Shown here in pieces: positions 16,459-24,392 of a DNA stretch of 48,749 bases. The position numbers were made by a program, and so were the translations under genes. Origin of the DNA: Thermodesulfobacteriota bacterium (lineage in GTDB: Bacteria > Desulfobacterota_D > UBA1144 > Nemesobacterales > JAZGCJ01). The notes beneath the pieces are model-generated. The model was not told where the DNA came from. It was given only the letters and a program-made list of their open reading frames with translations, and did no database searches. The stretch covers positions 1-48,749 of the forward strand of contig JAZGCJ010000225.1 of NCBI GenBank assembly GCA_036476895.1, read 5' to 3'. Numbering within the stretch: the stretch's first letter is position 1; each line of letters opens with the position of its first letter.

Positions 16459-16746
16459 TTAAAGATTACTGTTACTATTGGTATCCTGTACGTTTTCTAT
16501 AGAAATTTGTTCATATTCATAATCACATCTCATCAGTAAAAAGTCTTTTGCAGCCGTCTTGTCTCCTTTCTTAGCTCTCCTATACGATGCTTTCTGAAGT
16601 TTCCCTTCAGGAGGGCAACACTCATAATCTCCTGATCCTTCCATTCCTTGAAATATAGATAAGAATGCATCTAGCTCTTTCTGTTTGGTACTCGCATCAT
16701 AATACAAATCTTCGTGTTTAGTTTTCCAAACCAATATCTTTTTCAT
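16459..16746 (-). CDS. hypothetical protein
   Basis: 95-aa minus-strand ORF. Confidence 0.55.
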   Translation of the reverse strand: MKKILVWKTKHEDLYYDASTKQKELDAFLSIFQGMEGSGDYECCPPEGKLQKASYRRAKKGDKTAAKDFLLMRCDYEYEQISIENVQDTNSNSNL

Positions 16747-16868
16747 TAGACCACGTTAATCTCGGAGTCAGCTAAGTGACTTCGGATTGCCTTTGTTGAG
16801 TATTGCTTTCTCTTTAGCTTCATCTTCTTAAACATAAAAAAGTTCTTTAACTCTGGATGATGATTCGA

Positions 16869-17072
16869 TTATTCATTACCTCTTACACTATTTCCTTTAC
16901 AGACAAGTAATCTGTAGTATAGTTCTTCGTACATGATTCTGGTTTTCCAATTGTGTTTTCCTCTCTGACGAACCATATGCATCTCGTAGGTGTTTAACAA
17001 CGACACTGGCATCCAGGATTGAACCTTTTTAATAAATCCTTTCTTAGAACGCCAGTCTCCAATGAACTTCAT
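16869..17072 (-). CDS. hypothetical protein
   Basis: 67-aa minus-strand ORF. Confidence 0.5.
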   Translation of the reverse strand: MKFIGDWRSKKGFIKKVQSWMPVSLLNTYEMHMVRQRGKHNWKTRIMYEELYYRLLVCKGNSVRGNE

Positions 17073-17073
17073 A

Positions 17074-17472
17074 TTAGCTCACCGAATCAGCAAAGGCTAT
17101 TACCATCTTCTTTGCGTCCTCTAGTGTCTTGGCTTTGAATCCTACTGGCAATCCATCAATGGCCGATCCTTCCTCTACCTCATCTCCAACACCGAATCCA
17201 TATCGTGCTCTGTGACTCCACCTGTACCATTTGTTTTCTTTCTCACAAAATCCAATTGAACAGACACTATCATCTGGATGGGCTTTCTCCGGTATGATTC
17301 CCATTTCTTTTAAATCCTCTGCATTGGCTTGCTTACTAATATAAGCACCATCAAATGTATAAGCTCCGGTGTTTGTTATGGTCTTACCATTCTCATCTGT
17401 GCTTAAGAACTTAGTTACTAGCTCATAAGTATCCAAGCGTTCTCTCTTGAGTATGTCTCCGTATTTACTCAT
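17074..17472 (-). CDS. hypothetical protein
   Basis: The ATG at 17472 (MSKYGDIL...) lies 5 nt after GGAGGAGG. Confidence 0.6.
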   Translation of the reverse strand: MSKYGDILKRERLDTYELVTKFLSTDENGKTITNTGAYTFDGAYISKQANAEDLKEMGIIPEKAHPDDSVCSIGFCEKENKWYRWSHRARYGFGVGDEVEEGSAIDGLPVGFKAKTLEDAKKMVIAFADSVS

Positions 17473-17668
17473 TACTTCCTCCTCCATATTCTGACGAAAT
17501 AAAAGATATCTCCCAAAATGTCTTTAATTGTTTCTTATTATATCTCAATACATTATCATTTAAAGGCCCACCGATACAATAAATAATGCTTTCAATATCA
17601 GAGAAAGCCTTACTCATCTTTTGTATCTCTTTTCGCATTTCATAGTTCTCTTTATAAATATTAGCCAT
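17465..17668 (-). CDS. hypothetical protein
   Basis: 67-aa minus-strand ORF. Confidence 0.5.
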   Translation of the reverse strand: MANIYKENYEMRKEIQKMSKAFSDIESIIYCIGGPLNDNVLRYNKKQLKTFWEISFISSEYGGGSNE

Positions 17669-17895
17669 TATCCTAATCCTTCCACATGATGGATTTTATT
17701 GTCCGCATCCGTAGCAACGTTTATTCGTTTCCTTTTATAATCTTGTGTGATTATGAAAGTATTCCACTGACCTTTCTTCCATTGCTTTACTACCCGAATT
17801 GTATACCCATGAGCCTTAACAAATTTAATAGCTTCTTTCAATGGTTTATGATATAAATCCTCGGTGATATGTTTTTCAATATCAAACTTCTCCAT
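17668..17895 (-). CDS. hypothetical protein
   Basis: 75-aa minus-strand ORF. Confidence 0.55.
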   Translation of the reverse strand: MEKFDIEKHITEDLYHKPLKEAIKFVKAHGYTIRVVKQWKKGQWNTFIITQDYKRKRINVATDADNKIHHVEGLG

Positions 17896-17937
17896 TAGCG
17901 TTTACCTCGCAATATTTTTATACACGCCACACATGGC

Positions 17938-18120
17938 TCAAGCTTTTTCAGCTTTGGCTTCTTCTGCTTTGGCTTTCTCTTCCTTCTCTTTTTCACGGAG
18001 CTTCTTCGCCTCCTTCTTTGCTTGATATTTATTGTACTCAAATACATCCTTTCTCGCATGTTTACGATTCATGCGATTAGGTGTATCTTTAACTGTTGGA
18101 TAAGATTTATATGTTGTCAT
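17938..18120 (-). CDS. hypothetical Lys/Glu-rich protein
   Basis: 60-aa ORF with a low-complexity KEKEEKAKAEEAKAEKA tail. Confidence 0.45.
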   Translation of the reverse strand: MTTYKSYPTVKDTPNRMNRKHARKDVFEYNKYQAKKEAKKLREKEKEEKAKAEEAKAEKA

Positions 18121-18407
18121 TATTCATTCTCCAATTGTTTCTTCAGCTTCTTTTGTTTATCAATAGTATAGTCTAAAAACTCATGCCACTGAGATGATGT
18201 TATTTCTCCCTTTTCATATTGAGTTTCCATTTCTTTAAATGTTATTTTAACTTCATCCATAGCGTGTTTAGCATCACCGAGTAAATCGTTGACTTCTGTT
18301 AATTCACCTTCTTTTAATTCAGACTGATGTTTCTTACAGGGAATCCATTTGTAAGTATTACGACTCGTCATACATCCACACTCATCGTATTCTCTATCTT
18401 CAATCAC
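18120..18407 (-). CDS. hypothetical protein
   Basis: 95-aa minus-strand ORF. Confidence 0.55.
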   Translation of the reverse strand: MIEDREYDECGCMTSRNTYKWIPCKKHQSELKEGELTEVNDLLGDAKHAMDEVKITFKEMETQYEKGEITSSQWHEFLDYTIDKQKKLKKQLENE

Positions 18408-18600
18408 CTTCTTTTACCAGTCCTTCTTTAATCAACTGTGGTCTGAACTTCAACTTCCCACCGCAACTGAAGCATTGGTTTCTATTCTTCACATCCATAT
18501 CATTCCAAATCATAAAGCCACAATGTCCACAATGCAAGTTACCCTGCTGCATGTAACCTGCTGGTTTTGTCTTATCCTTTTCGAATTTAGGTTTTCTCAT
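18400..18600 (-). CDS. small zinc-ribbon protein
   Basis: Cys pairs CGHCGF ... CFSCGG. Confidence 0.55.
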   Translation of the reverse strand: MRKPKFEKDKTKPAGYMQQGNLHCGHCGFMIWNDMDVKNRNQCFSCGGKLKFRPQLIKEGLVKEGD

Positions 18601-18812
18601 TAGTATCCCACCCCAAAGGGATGCTTATATTCCATTAATTTTTTCATATTTTTCTCTTGCTTCTTCTCTTTCATTTCCTGTGCATTAACTCGTAAGAAAC
18701 CATTCAACCACCCTCTCCAACAACCTTCACACAATACTCGTGGTTTTCTGAGAGCCTTATATCTCTTGTGGTGGAAACAGATGTACGCTTTAAATGTCTT
18801 TTTGTGATTCAT
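18600..18812 (-). CDS. hypothetical basic protein
   Basis: 70-aa minus-strand ORF. Confidence 0.5.
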   Translation of the reverse strand: MNHKKTFKAYICFHHKRYKALRKPRVLCEGCWRGWLNGFLRVNAQEMKEKKQEKNMKKLMEYKHPFGVGY

Positions 18813-19075
18813 TAGTAAGTATTACTCCTTATTTCATCTTCATTATCGACTCTATACTTACACTTCTTGCAAGTCCGTACTGTGTAAACATAATCAACCC
18901 AGTCGTGATGCCCAACATCTTTACATTCTTTTATATGCTTTGTTCGAAAATCATGCGTGCATTTAGATTGCTTACGCTCCAGACGTTCATCTTTATCGGC
19001 TTCGACACATTCTTTCTTCGTATCATAAATACATCCATCTAAAGCCTTATAGTGTTTGATTTTAACAACTTGCAT
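18812..19075 (-). CDS. hypothetical Cys/His-rich protein
   Basis: 87-aa ORF. GGAGGGTAAG precedes the ATG. Confidence 0.55.
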   Translation of the reverse strand: MQVVKIKHYKALDGCIYDTKKECVEADKDERLERKQSKCTHDFRTKHIKECKDVGHHDWVDYVYTVRTCKKCKYRVDNEDEIRSNTY

Positions 19076-19076
19076 C

Positions 19077-19250
19077 TTACCCTCCTAAAAATAACCCCAT
19101 TACCCAATTGAAATATTGAAGCACAAATGGAAAGATAGAACTAAATAGCTCAACCGTCCACCCAAAGATTCCTAGTACCCAAGGTGCTATTAGAAGCCCC
19201 AGTATAATAATGATCAACGTTGTCCAGATTGCTTTTAAAGTATCTCTCAT
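19077..19250 (-). CDS. small membrane protein (57 aa, below ORF-track cutoff)
   Basis: MRDTLKAIWTTLIIIILGLLIAPWVLGIFGW... The ATG overlaps the upstream TGA (ATGA). It fills an otherwise non-coding 275-nt gap. Confidence 0.45.
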   Translation of the reverse strand: MRDTLKAIWTTLIIIILGLLIAPWVLGIFGWTVELFSSIFPFVLQYFNWVMGLFLGG

Positions 19251-19351
19251 ACTTTTTCTTCCTTATACTTACACACACAACAATTACTACATTTCTCACA
19301 TGTTGCACAAATACTATTACTCATCTTATGATCTAAACAGTAACAACTCAT
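19247..19351 (-). CDS. possible Cys-rich micro-protein (34 aa)
   Basis: MSCYCLDHKMSNSICATCEKCSNCCVCKYKEEKV. The ATG shares a base with the upstream TAA. Confidence 0.35.
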   Translation of the reverse strand: MSCYCLDHKMSNSICATCEKCSNCCVCKYKEEKV

Positions 19352-19716
19352 TATTTTTTTGTGTCCTCATCATGTGAATCCCTCAAATAATTTCCTTGCT
19401 TAAGCCACAATATGTATCCGTAAGTACAAATTTTCAAGAGGTCCTTTTCTCTCTGGAAATTTTTAAACCGAAAGATGTACTTCATCATGGTCCCCAATAT
19501 CCAGTCAAACTCCGTCTCTCCACCAAAGACTGAACTGATTATGTCTGTAGCTTCCCTATCACTAAAGCCTTTAAGCTTATACTTATCCCCTCCATGCCAA
19601 AATTGGTTTTTGATTAGGTTAGAGAACTTCTCGTAATACTTCTTCTTAACCTCTATGTTTGTGTGATAAACTTTTTGCCTTGGTTCCTTTTTTACTTTTT
19701 TTCCCTTTCGTGCCAT
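19351..19716 (-). CDS. DUF3310-like phage protein (tentative)
   Basis: AAAGGAG precedes the ATG. MKYIFRFKNFQREKDLLKICTYGYILW resembles the KY..R...K...DL.KA..Y signature recalled for DUF3310. Confidence 0.5.
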   Translation of the reverse strand: MARKGKKVKKEPRQKVYHTNIEVKKKYYEKFSNLIKNQFWHGGDKYKLKGFSDREATDIISSVFGGETEFDWILGTMMKYIFRFKNFQREKDLLKICTYGYILWLKQGNYLRDSHDEDTKK

Positions 19717-19867
19717 ACAATATCTCCTTTACATTAGTGTTAGTTAATGCTACCATGAATAGCATCTTTTTGCAACATTCCAAACAAATATACTGCCCAC
19801 TTCCCTCCTCACAAAACCAACATTTAGTATTACGCAGACGAGTCACACTGAGCATCATCTCCACCAT
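19646..19867 (-). CDS. hypothetical Cys-rich protein (long 3' overlap with next gene)
   Basis: CWFCEE...CLECC cluster. It overlaps 19351..19716 by 71 nt, so its 3' part is doubtful. Confidence 0.4.
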   Translation of the reverse strand: MVEMMLSVTRLRNTKCWFCEEGSGQYICLECCKKMLFMVALTNTNVKEILYGTKGKKSKKGTKAKSLSHKHRG

Positions 19868-20255
19868 TCATGCGCCCTTGTGGTAATTCATCAGGCTTTG
19901 CTGCTCTTGTCATTATCACTTTCTTTGTTGTTGGGTCCAACTCTTTAACGTAGTCATCAAACCAAATTGATGGCTCCTTCGCTAACTCTCTCCACTCTTT
20001 CTCGTTAGCCTGTACTAGCGCAATTAGCTCAGTCACCTTTAAATTATCATCCACAAACCAACCATTGATTGTGTACGTCAATTCTTCGATGTTGATAGAG
20101 CCTTGCAGATAATTGACGATGTACTCCAAGATGTTATTCTCTATCATACTGACTCTACTATTATAATTCTTTGAATTTGAATTATTGTTAATAGTCTTTT
20201 GAACTTGCTCCATAACTTCTCGGTAGCGTCCTTTTCCTTTCAGTACTATTCTCAT
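19830..20255 (-). CDS. hypothetical protein, short paralog of 20252..21103
   Basis: Shares LKG.GRY.EV ... YLQG.I..EE.(S/T)Y....WFV.DNLKVT.L ... EW..L.K.P.IW(Y/F)D.Y with its upstream neighbour. Confidence 0.6.
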   Translation of the reverse strand: MRIVLKGKGRYREVMEQVQKTINNNSNSKNYNSRVSMIENNILEYIVNYLQGSINIEELTYTINGWFVDDNLKVTELIALVQANEKEWRELAKEPSIWFDDYVKELDPTTKKVIMTRAAKPDELPQGRMNGGDDAQCDSSA

Positions 20256-21103
20256 TTGAAAGGCTCATCAATATCAGGGACTGGCCCCTGTTTTTCTTCA
20301 TCATACTCGATTACGTCTATTTGTTCTTCATTTGGATTTTTAGCCTCATCAATCAACTTCACAATATCAACATCAGACTTCTCCACTGCATCATTAATCT
20401 GAACATTCCCATTTGCTGGATCAACAGCCTTAAGTTCTTCTGTACCACTGGTCATCTTTGCAATTGATCTTATAGTTTGTGCAGGTTTACCTTGAATTCC
20501 TGCTCCTGCAAATGATTGAGGCATTGAAATTCCTGGCATCGGTCCTGGATGAACACCATGAGGGTTAGTCATTGCTTTCTCTTGCTCTTGTTCTTTGATA
20601 ATGTTGTACGGAACCTCATGCTCAAAAGCTGGCTTAACGTGGCTCTCGCCTGTCTTTGGATCAGTTATCTTCCAATACTGATCATACCAAATTCGTGGGT
20701 CTTTCATTAACTTCTTCCACTCCTCACCCTTGTCATTTATGGTATCCATTAATTGAGTGACCTTTAAATTATCTCCAACAAACCAACTTCCAACTGAGTA
20801 GGAGAATTCTTCTCGTGTAATCTTCCCTTGAAGATAAGAGTCTAAATATGATAAGACTTCTCTGGCAAATGTGTCGTTTGCATCCAATCCTATAATCTCT
20901 TTAATCTCCTTCAACACTTCGTTGTAGCGTCCTTGACCTTTCAAGATCATTTTATTTGAATCGTGGTGCTTAGGATTTGTTTGTTCCGGTGATCCATATC
21001 CTTGTGGCAATGATGTGCTTAACATTTTATAACTCTCCTTTAAATTATTTATCCTCTCTTCAACTTCTGCTACCGTCATAGTCTTTGACTTTGAGTCCGT
21101 CAT
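20252..21103 (-). CDS. hypothetical protein, long paralog of 19830..20255
   Basis: 283-aa ORF. The central region aligns by eye with ORF 19830..20255. It has an extra Pro/Gly-rich and acidic C-terminal half. Confidence 0.65.
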   Translation of the reverse strand: MTDSKSKTMTVAEVEERINNLKESYKMLSTSLPQGYGSPEQTNPKHHDSNKMILKGQGRYNEVLKEIKEIIGLDANDTFAREVLSYLDSYLQGKITREEFSYSVGSWFVGDNLKVTQLMDTINDKGEEWKKLMKDPRIWYDQYWKITDPKTGESHVKPAFEHEVPYNIIKEQEQEKAMTNPHGVHPGPMPGISMPQSFAGAGIQGKPAQTIRSIAKMTSGTEELKAVDPANGNVQINDAVEKSDVDIVKLIDEAKNPNEEQIDVIEYDEEKQGPVPDIDEPFK

Positions 21104-21462
21104 AATACTGATATGTCCTTCGTTTCATATGAGCTGTTGGGGTCAAATCTTTTCTCCACCATAATATGACCTATCAAATCTCTTTCTTTATATTCCTCGT
21201 GATAACCTCGCCACGCATTCATATCCCCAAACTTATGATCATAATGACGCAAAATCGTTTGTGCTTCTCTTCTGATTTTATCCCCTTTCTCTTTGATCCA
21301 AAGTCCTATGAGGTAACTCAAATGTCCACAGAAAATTGATATAACCGTTCCTGTTAATACACCTACAATTGTAGGTGTGAGCAAAGCCATCAAATAGATG
21401 ATCTGTTGATGAATCTCCAAGTCATTGAACCATTCACTCATATTATACAAAAATCTTATCAT
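21100..21462 (-). CDS. membrane protein (2 TM)
   Basis: Hydrophobic helices IIYLMALLTPTIVGVLTGTVISIFCGHLSYLIGLW. ATGA overlap with the last array gene. Confidence 0.55.
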   Translation of the reverse strand: MIRFLYNMSEWFNDLEIHQQIIYLMALLTPTIVGVLTGTVISIFCGHLSYLIGLWIKEKGDKIRREAQTILRHYDHKFGDMNAWRGYHEEYKERDLIGHIMVEKRFDPNSSYETKDISVL

Positions 21463-21731
21463 TTATCCACCATTCTTTCCTCAAAAATCTCAATTTTTTC
21501 CAGATTATTCTTGCCAAACTGATTGAGTACCTGTTCTTTTAAAGTGTTCCTAGTAACCCACCCACCTTTGCAGACCCCACAAGTGTCTCGATAAGGAATT
21601 AAGTCTCTCCGTTTATCTAATCCTTTCTCCAAAAGAGGAGGTCTTAGACGTGCTACTTGTCCCTTTCCATCACATTGTAAACATTGATATTTAGTAACTT
21701 TATTCAATATTACTCGCCTCAAAAATCGCAA
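21459..21731 (-). CDS. NL-tail family mini-protein, double zinc-knuckle subtype
   Basis: CLQCDGKGQ ... CGVCKGGWVTRNTLKEQV ... KNNLEKIEIFEE. The likely true start is the TTG at 21707 (MNKVTKYQC), embedded in the upstream tail codons. Confidence 0.65.
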   Translation of the reverse strand: MRFLRRVILNKVTKYQCLQCDGKGQVARLRPPLLEKGLDKRRDLIPYRDTCGVCKGGWVTRNTLKEQVLNQFGKNNLEKIEIFEERMVDK

Positions 21732-21960
21732 TTAATTCCAAATTGTTCTTACCAAAATCCTTATGTTTGGTAATCTGTTCTTTCAATGTCTCTCTATCCA
21801 CCAGCCCATCTTCACACCATCCACAGGGATGCCAATGTGGTACTAATTTACGCCACTCACTTATAGGCCCCTTTGCTTGTTCTTCATTCGCCGGTTCATG
21901 CGACATCAGAGGAGTCACTCCATAGCCATCACACCGGAAACATTGGTATTTCTTACTCAT
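21700..21960 (-). CDS. NL-tail family mini-protein, double zinc-knuckle subtype
   Basis: CFRCDGYGV ... CGWCEDGLVDRETLKEQI ... KNNLELIAIFEA. Confidence 0.65.
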   Translation of the reverse strand: MSKKYQCFRCDGYGVTPLMSHEPANEEQAKGPISEWRKLVPHWHPCGWCEDGLVDRETLKEQITKHKDFGKNNLELIAIFEASNIE

Positions 21961-22192
21961 GTATTACGCTCTCTTCTAACATCTCTATCAATTTTAAATT
22001 GTTACACGATTCAGAACTCACTTGCAGAAGTTGAGCCTGTAATCCACCCCTACTCACAAACCCCATACCATAACATCCATTACAAGGTTCTACTGTTTTC
22101 TTTAAAGTTCGTGATCGTAGTAATTGTAAGCCAGTGAAGCCATCACCTTTACAAGTGCTACATCGGTATCTCTCTATTTGGTCCGTTTTCAT
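21953..22192 (-). CDS. NL-tail family mini-protein, double zinc-knuckle subtype
   Basis: CSTCKGDGF ... CNGCYGMGFVSRGGLQAQL ... CNNLKLIEMLEE. Confidence 0.65.
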   Translation of the reverse strand: MKTDQIERYRCSTCKGDGFTGLQLLRSRTLKKTVEPCNGCYGMGFVSRGGLQAQLLQVSSESCNNLKLIEMLEESVIHE

Positions 22193-22406
22193 AAGCTTCT
22201 ATTATCTCCAGGTTCGACTTGTTTGGATGATGCTTCATTTGCTCTAAGAAATCCTTTTCATGTAACCAACCACTTCCTAAACAGCTTTGACATTCAGACT
22301 GACGAGAAGAAACCATATTATGCCATGAATTATAATATTCACATACACCAGTGAATCCCATACCATTGCAGTCTAAGCATTTACATCTCTTCTTAATCTC
22401 CTTCAT
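22158..22406 (-). CDS. NL-tail family mini-protein, double zinc-knuckle subtype
   Basis: CLDCNGMGF ... CQSCLGSGWLHEKDFLEQM ... KSNLEIIEAYEN. Confidence 0.65.
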   Translation of the reverse strand: MKEIKKRCKCLDCNGMGFTGVCEYYNSWHNMVSSRQSECQSCLGSGWLHEKDFLEQMKHHPNKSNLEIIEAYENGPNREIPM

Positions 22407-22599
22407 ACAGTTCTACAATACTCAAGTTGTTTGTTTTGAACGTCGGGTTCTTCACCTGTTTCATAAAAGTTTCTTTACTCACTTTTCCCGTACCATCACA
22501 ACCCGTACATGTTACTGGGAATATACGATTACCAACACGAGCCTGAAAGTTCCCATGTCCGTAACATCTTATGCATTTATGATTAGTCAGCTTGTTCAT
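22393..22599 (-). CDS. NL-tail family mini-protein, double zinc-knuckle subtype
   Basis: CIRCYGHGN ... CTGCDGTGKVSKETFMKQV ... TNNLSIVELYEGD. The ATG at 22599 lies inside the upstream TAT-GAA codons. Confidence 0.65.
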   Translation of the reverse strand: MNKLTNHKCIRCYGHGNFQARVGNRIFPVTCTGCDGTGKVSKETFMKQVKNPTFKTNNLSIVELYEGD

Positions 22600-22780
22600 A
22601 AAGTTCAACTAGCTCCAAATTACTTTTCCATTGTCCTGACTCTCGTACCTGTCGGAGGAATGTTTTCTTTGTTACCTTTCCCCTTCCTCCACAATCTCCA
22701 CAATTTTGTATCTTTCCATCCAAGTAAATACTTGGCATATTCCAACACATGAGACACTTAAACTTCTTCCGCTTTTTCAT
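22583..22780 (-). CDS. NL-tail family mini-protein, double zinc-knuckle subtype
   Basis: CLMCWNM ... CGDCGGRGKVTKKTFLRQV ... KSNLELVELYEQAD. The ATG at 22780 lies inside the upstream TAT-GAA codons. Confidence 0.65.
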   Translation of the reverse strand: MKKRKKFKCLMCWNMPSIYLDGKIQNCGDCGGRGKVTKKTFLRQVRESGQWKSNLELVELYEQAD

Positions 22781-23000
22781 ATAGTTCAATTATCTCCAAG
22801 TTATTGTAGCTTACATGTGCTTGAGGTATTTGCTTTATGAACCTCTCCTCCGTTATCCTTCCAAATATATCACATTGATCACAATCTTCTTCTCGAAACC
22901 AACCTATATCTGGATCACTAGAGTCGTGAGATATTATTGAGGTATAAACCTTCTTTCTACCTCGGCACCTTAAACATCGAAATTTATTTGGCTTTTTCAC
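22758..23000 (-). CDS. NL-tail family mini-protein, double zinc-knuckle subtype
   Basis: CLRCRGRKK ... CDQCDIFGRITEERFIKQI ... YNNLEIIELYEKAEEV. GTG start inside the upstream TGT-GAA codons. Confidence 0.65.
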   Translation of the reverse strand: MKKPNKFRCLRCRGRKKVYTSIISHDSSDPDIGWFREEDCDQCDIFGRITEERFIKQIPQAHVSYNNLEIIELYEKAEEV

Positions 23001-23280
23001 AAAACTCCACTATCTCTAGGATATCTATCATTACCAAATTATCTTTTATCTCATGAACCAACTGCCTCTTAAGATCATCATACGTTATCAATCCCTTTCC
23101 ACTACAATGACAACAGGGTTCTTCATACTGTACTCCAGTTGGACATTCGTCCCCACAATTATCACCATTACAACTTCCAGAATGGGCAGGATCTATCCAG
23201 TACTCTACTCCGGTCCCCTGACACACCCAACAGGAATACATCTTGACTCCCTCGACAACTGTGTTACCTATTAAGTTCAT
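22984..23280 (-). CDS. NL-tail family mini-protein, zinc-knuckle subtype with extra Cys cluster
   Basis: CWVCQGTGV ... CNGDNCGDEC ... CCHCSGKGLITYDDLKRQL ... DNLVMIDILEIVEFCE. An alternative start at 23241 has a strong RBS. Confidence 0.65.
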   Translation of the reverse strand: MNLIGNTVVEGVKMYSCWVCQGTGVEYWIDPAHSGSCNGDNCGDECPTGVQYEEPCCHCSGKGLITYDDLKRQLVHEIKDNLVMIDILEIVEFCEKAK

Positions 23281-23536
23281 AATGTTCTACTAAAGCGATT
23301 GCATGTAAATTATTTATCGTTGGCATTGGTTGTGACGCACGTCCAATTATCCACTGAATTAAATATTTCTTATCATAAATAGGGTATCCCATAGCTTTTG
23401 CTTTATTTAATGCGTCCATCAACTCTTTTATTTCACACCCACTACAAGGCATCCCCACTCCAAGACGTTTCTGTAAACTCGCTTGGCATCCAGTGCACTC
23501 CACATTAAGTATATCAGGTAGTTGATTCATTAGCAA
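23264..23536 (-). CDS. NL-tail family protein, CxxC/CxxC subtype
   Basis: CTGCQ ... CSGCE, then INNLHAIALVEHYELNR. Confidence 0.6.
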   Translation of the reverse strand: MLMNQLPDILNVECTGCQASLQKRLGVGMPCSGCEIKELMDALNKAKAMGYPIYDKKYLIQWIIGRASQPMPTINNLHAIALVEHYELNR

Positions 23537-23835
23537 CTCCCGTCCGAAAAAGTAAATTCTATATTACAGTTCGGACACAAATGAGTTTCTTCCCACATTG
23601 TTGGTGATCCCCCAAACTCCATTGAAGCCCATATGTCAGCTTGTTCACTGTCATATATCGGATAGGCTTTATATCCCTTCGGAGGCTTTGGAAACAATCT
23701 GAAAGTTTTCTCATCGTATCCGGTACAGTCGTTTATTTCCCCATCCTTTATATAATAGAATCCCTCATCTAATTGATACCATCCACACACTGGACACTGA
23801 TAATCTGCGTATTCTTCTTTGACAGGTTCAGTCAT
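23530..23835 (-). CDS. zinc-ribbon protein (no NL tail) inside the array
   Basis: The ATG at 23835 follows AGGTGGAG. Cys pairs CPVCGW ... CPNCN. Confidence 0.55.
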   Translation of the reverse strand: MTEPVKEEYADYQCPVCGWYQLDEGFYYIKDGEINDCTGYDEKTFRLFPKPPKGYKAYPIYDSEQADIWASMEFGGSPTMWEETHLCPNCNIEFTFSDGSC

Positions 23836-24094
23836 TAAACTCCACCTTTTTACCAAACAGAAGACAAAGGTATACAAGTCCATGATTAATGATGTACCAC
23901 TTCGACACTGGTTGTTTAATAGCTTTATCCGATCTGAGAATTATCCATATTACGAAACCTAACATTAAGTACATCACAAAAGCTGCTATGGGTCCAAAAA
24001 TTATCAAATTCAATAAGAACAAAGCTAATATGCCAAAGCACACCAGCCTATCCCCTTGACTCATTTCCACCTTAGTCACTTTTATTGAGTTCAT
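23828..24094 (-). CDS. small membrane protein inside the array
   Basis: Two or three hydrophobic helices. The ATG is embedded in the upstream TAT-GAA (YE) codons. Confidence 0.55.
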   Translation of the reverse strand: MNSIKVTKVEMSQGDRLVCFGILALFLLNLIIFGPIAAFVMYLMLGFVIWIILRSDKAIKQPVSKWYIINHGLVYLCLLFGKKVEFND

Positions 24095-24392
24095 AAAATT
24101 CTATTAACTCCACTGCATGTAAATTTGTTACCACTGGATTCTGACTCGTATAGTCCAGTATTTTGTCCATTAAATATTTTTTACTATGATACGGATTTCC
24201 TTTGAAATGATGGTTACGAGCATCTTCTATAATATAGATAAAGTCTTTCATTACACATCCTATACAAGGCCATGCACTTTCTTCACAAAGTAATCTATTA
24301 CAATGCATGTTAAATACATGCGCTATTTCTTCCTCTATTTCTGTCTCTATTTCTGTCTCTATTTCTTTAACCATTGAGTCTGTAGGCATCAA
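24072..24392 (-). CDS. NL-tail family protein
   Basis: Acidic (EIET)n N-terminus, HCNRLLC..CIGC, then VTNLHAVELIEFYELN. Confidence 0.6.
   Translation of the reverse strand: MMPTDSMVKEIETEIETEIEEEIAHVFNMHCNRLLCEESAWPCIGCVMKDFIYIIEDARNHHFKGNPYHSKKYLMDKILDYTSQNPVVTNLHAVELIEFYELNKSD
24333..24368. repeat. 12-bp tandem repeat x3 (ctctatttctgt), in-frame (EIET)n
   Basis: Read directly from the sequence. Encodes EIETEIETEIEEEI in ORF 24072..24392. Confidence 0.8.
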
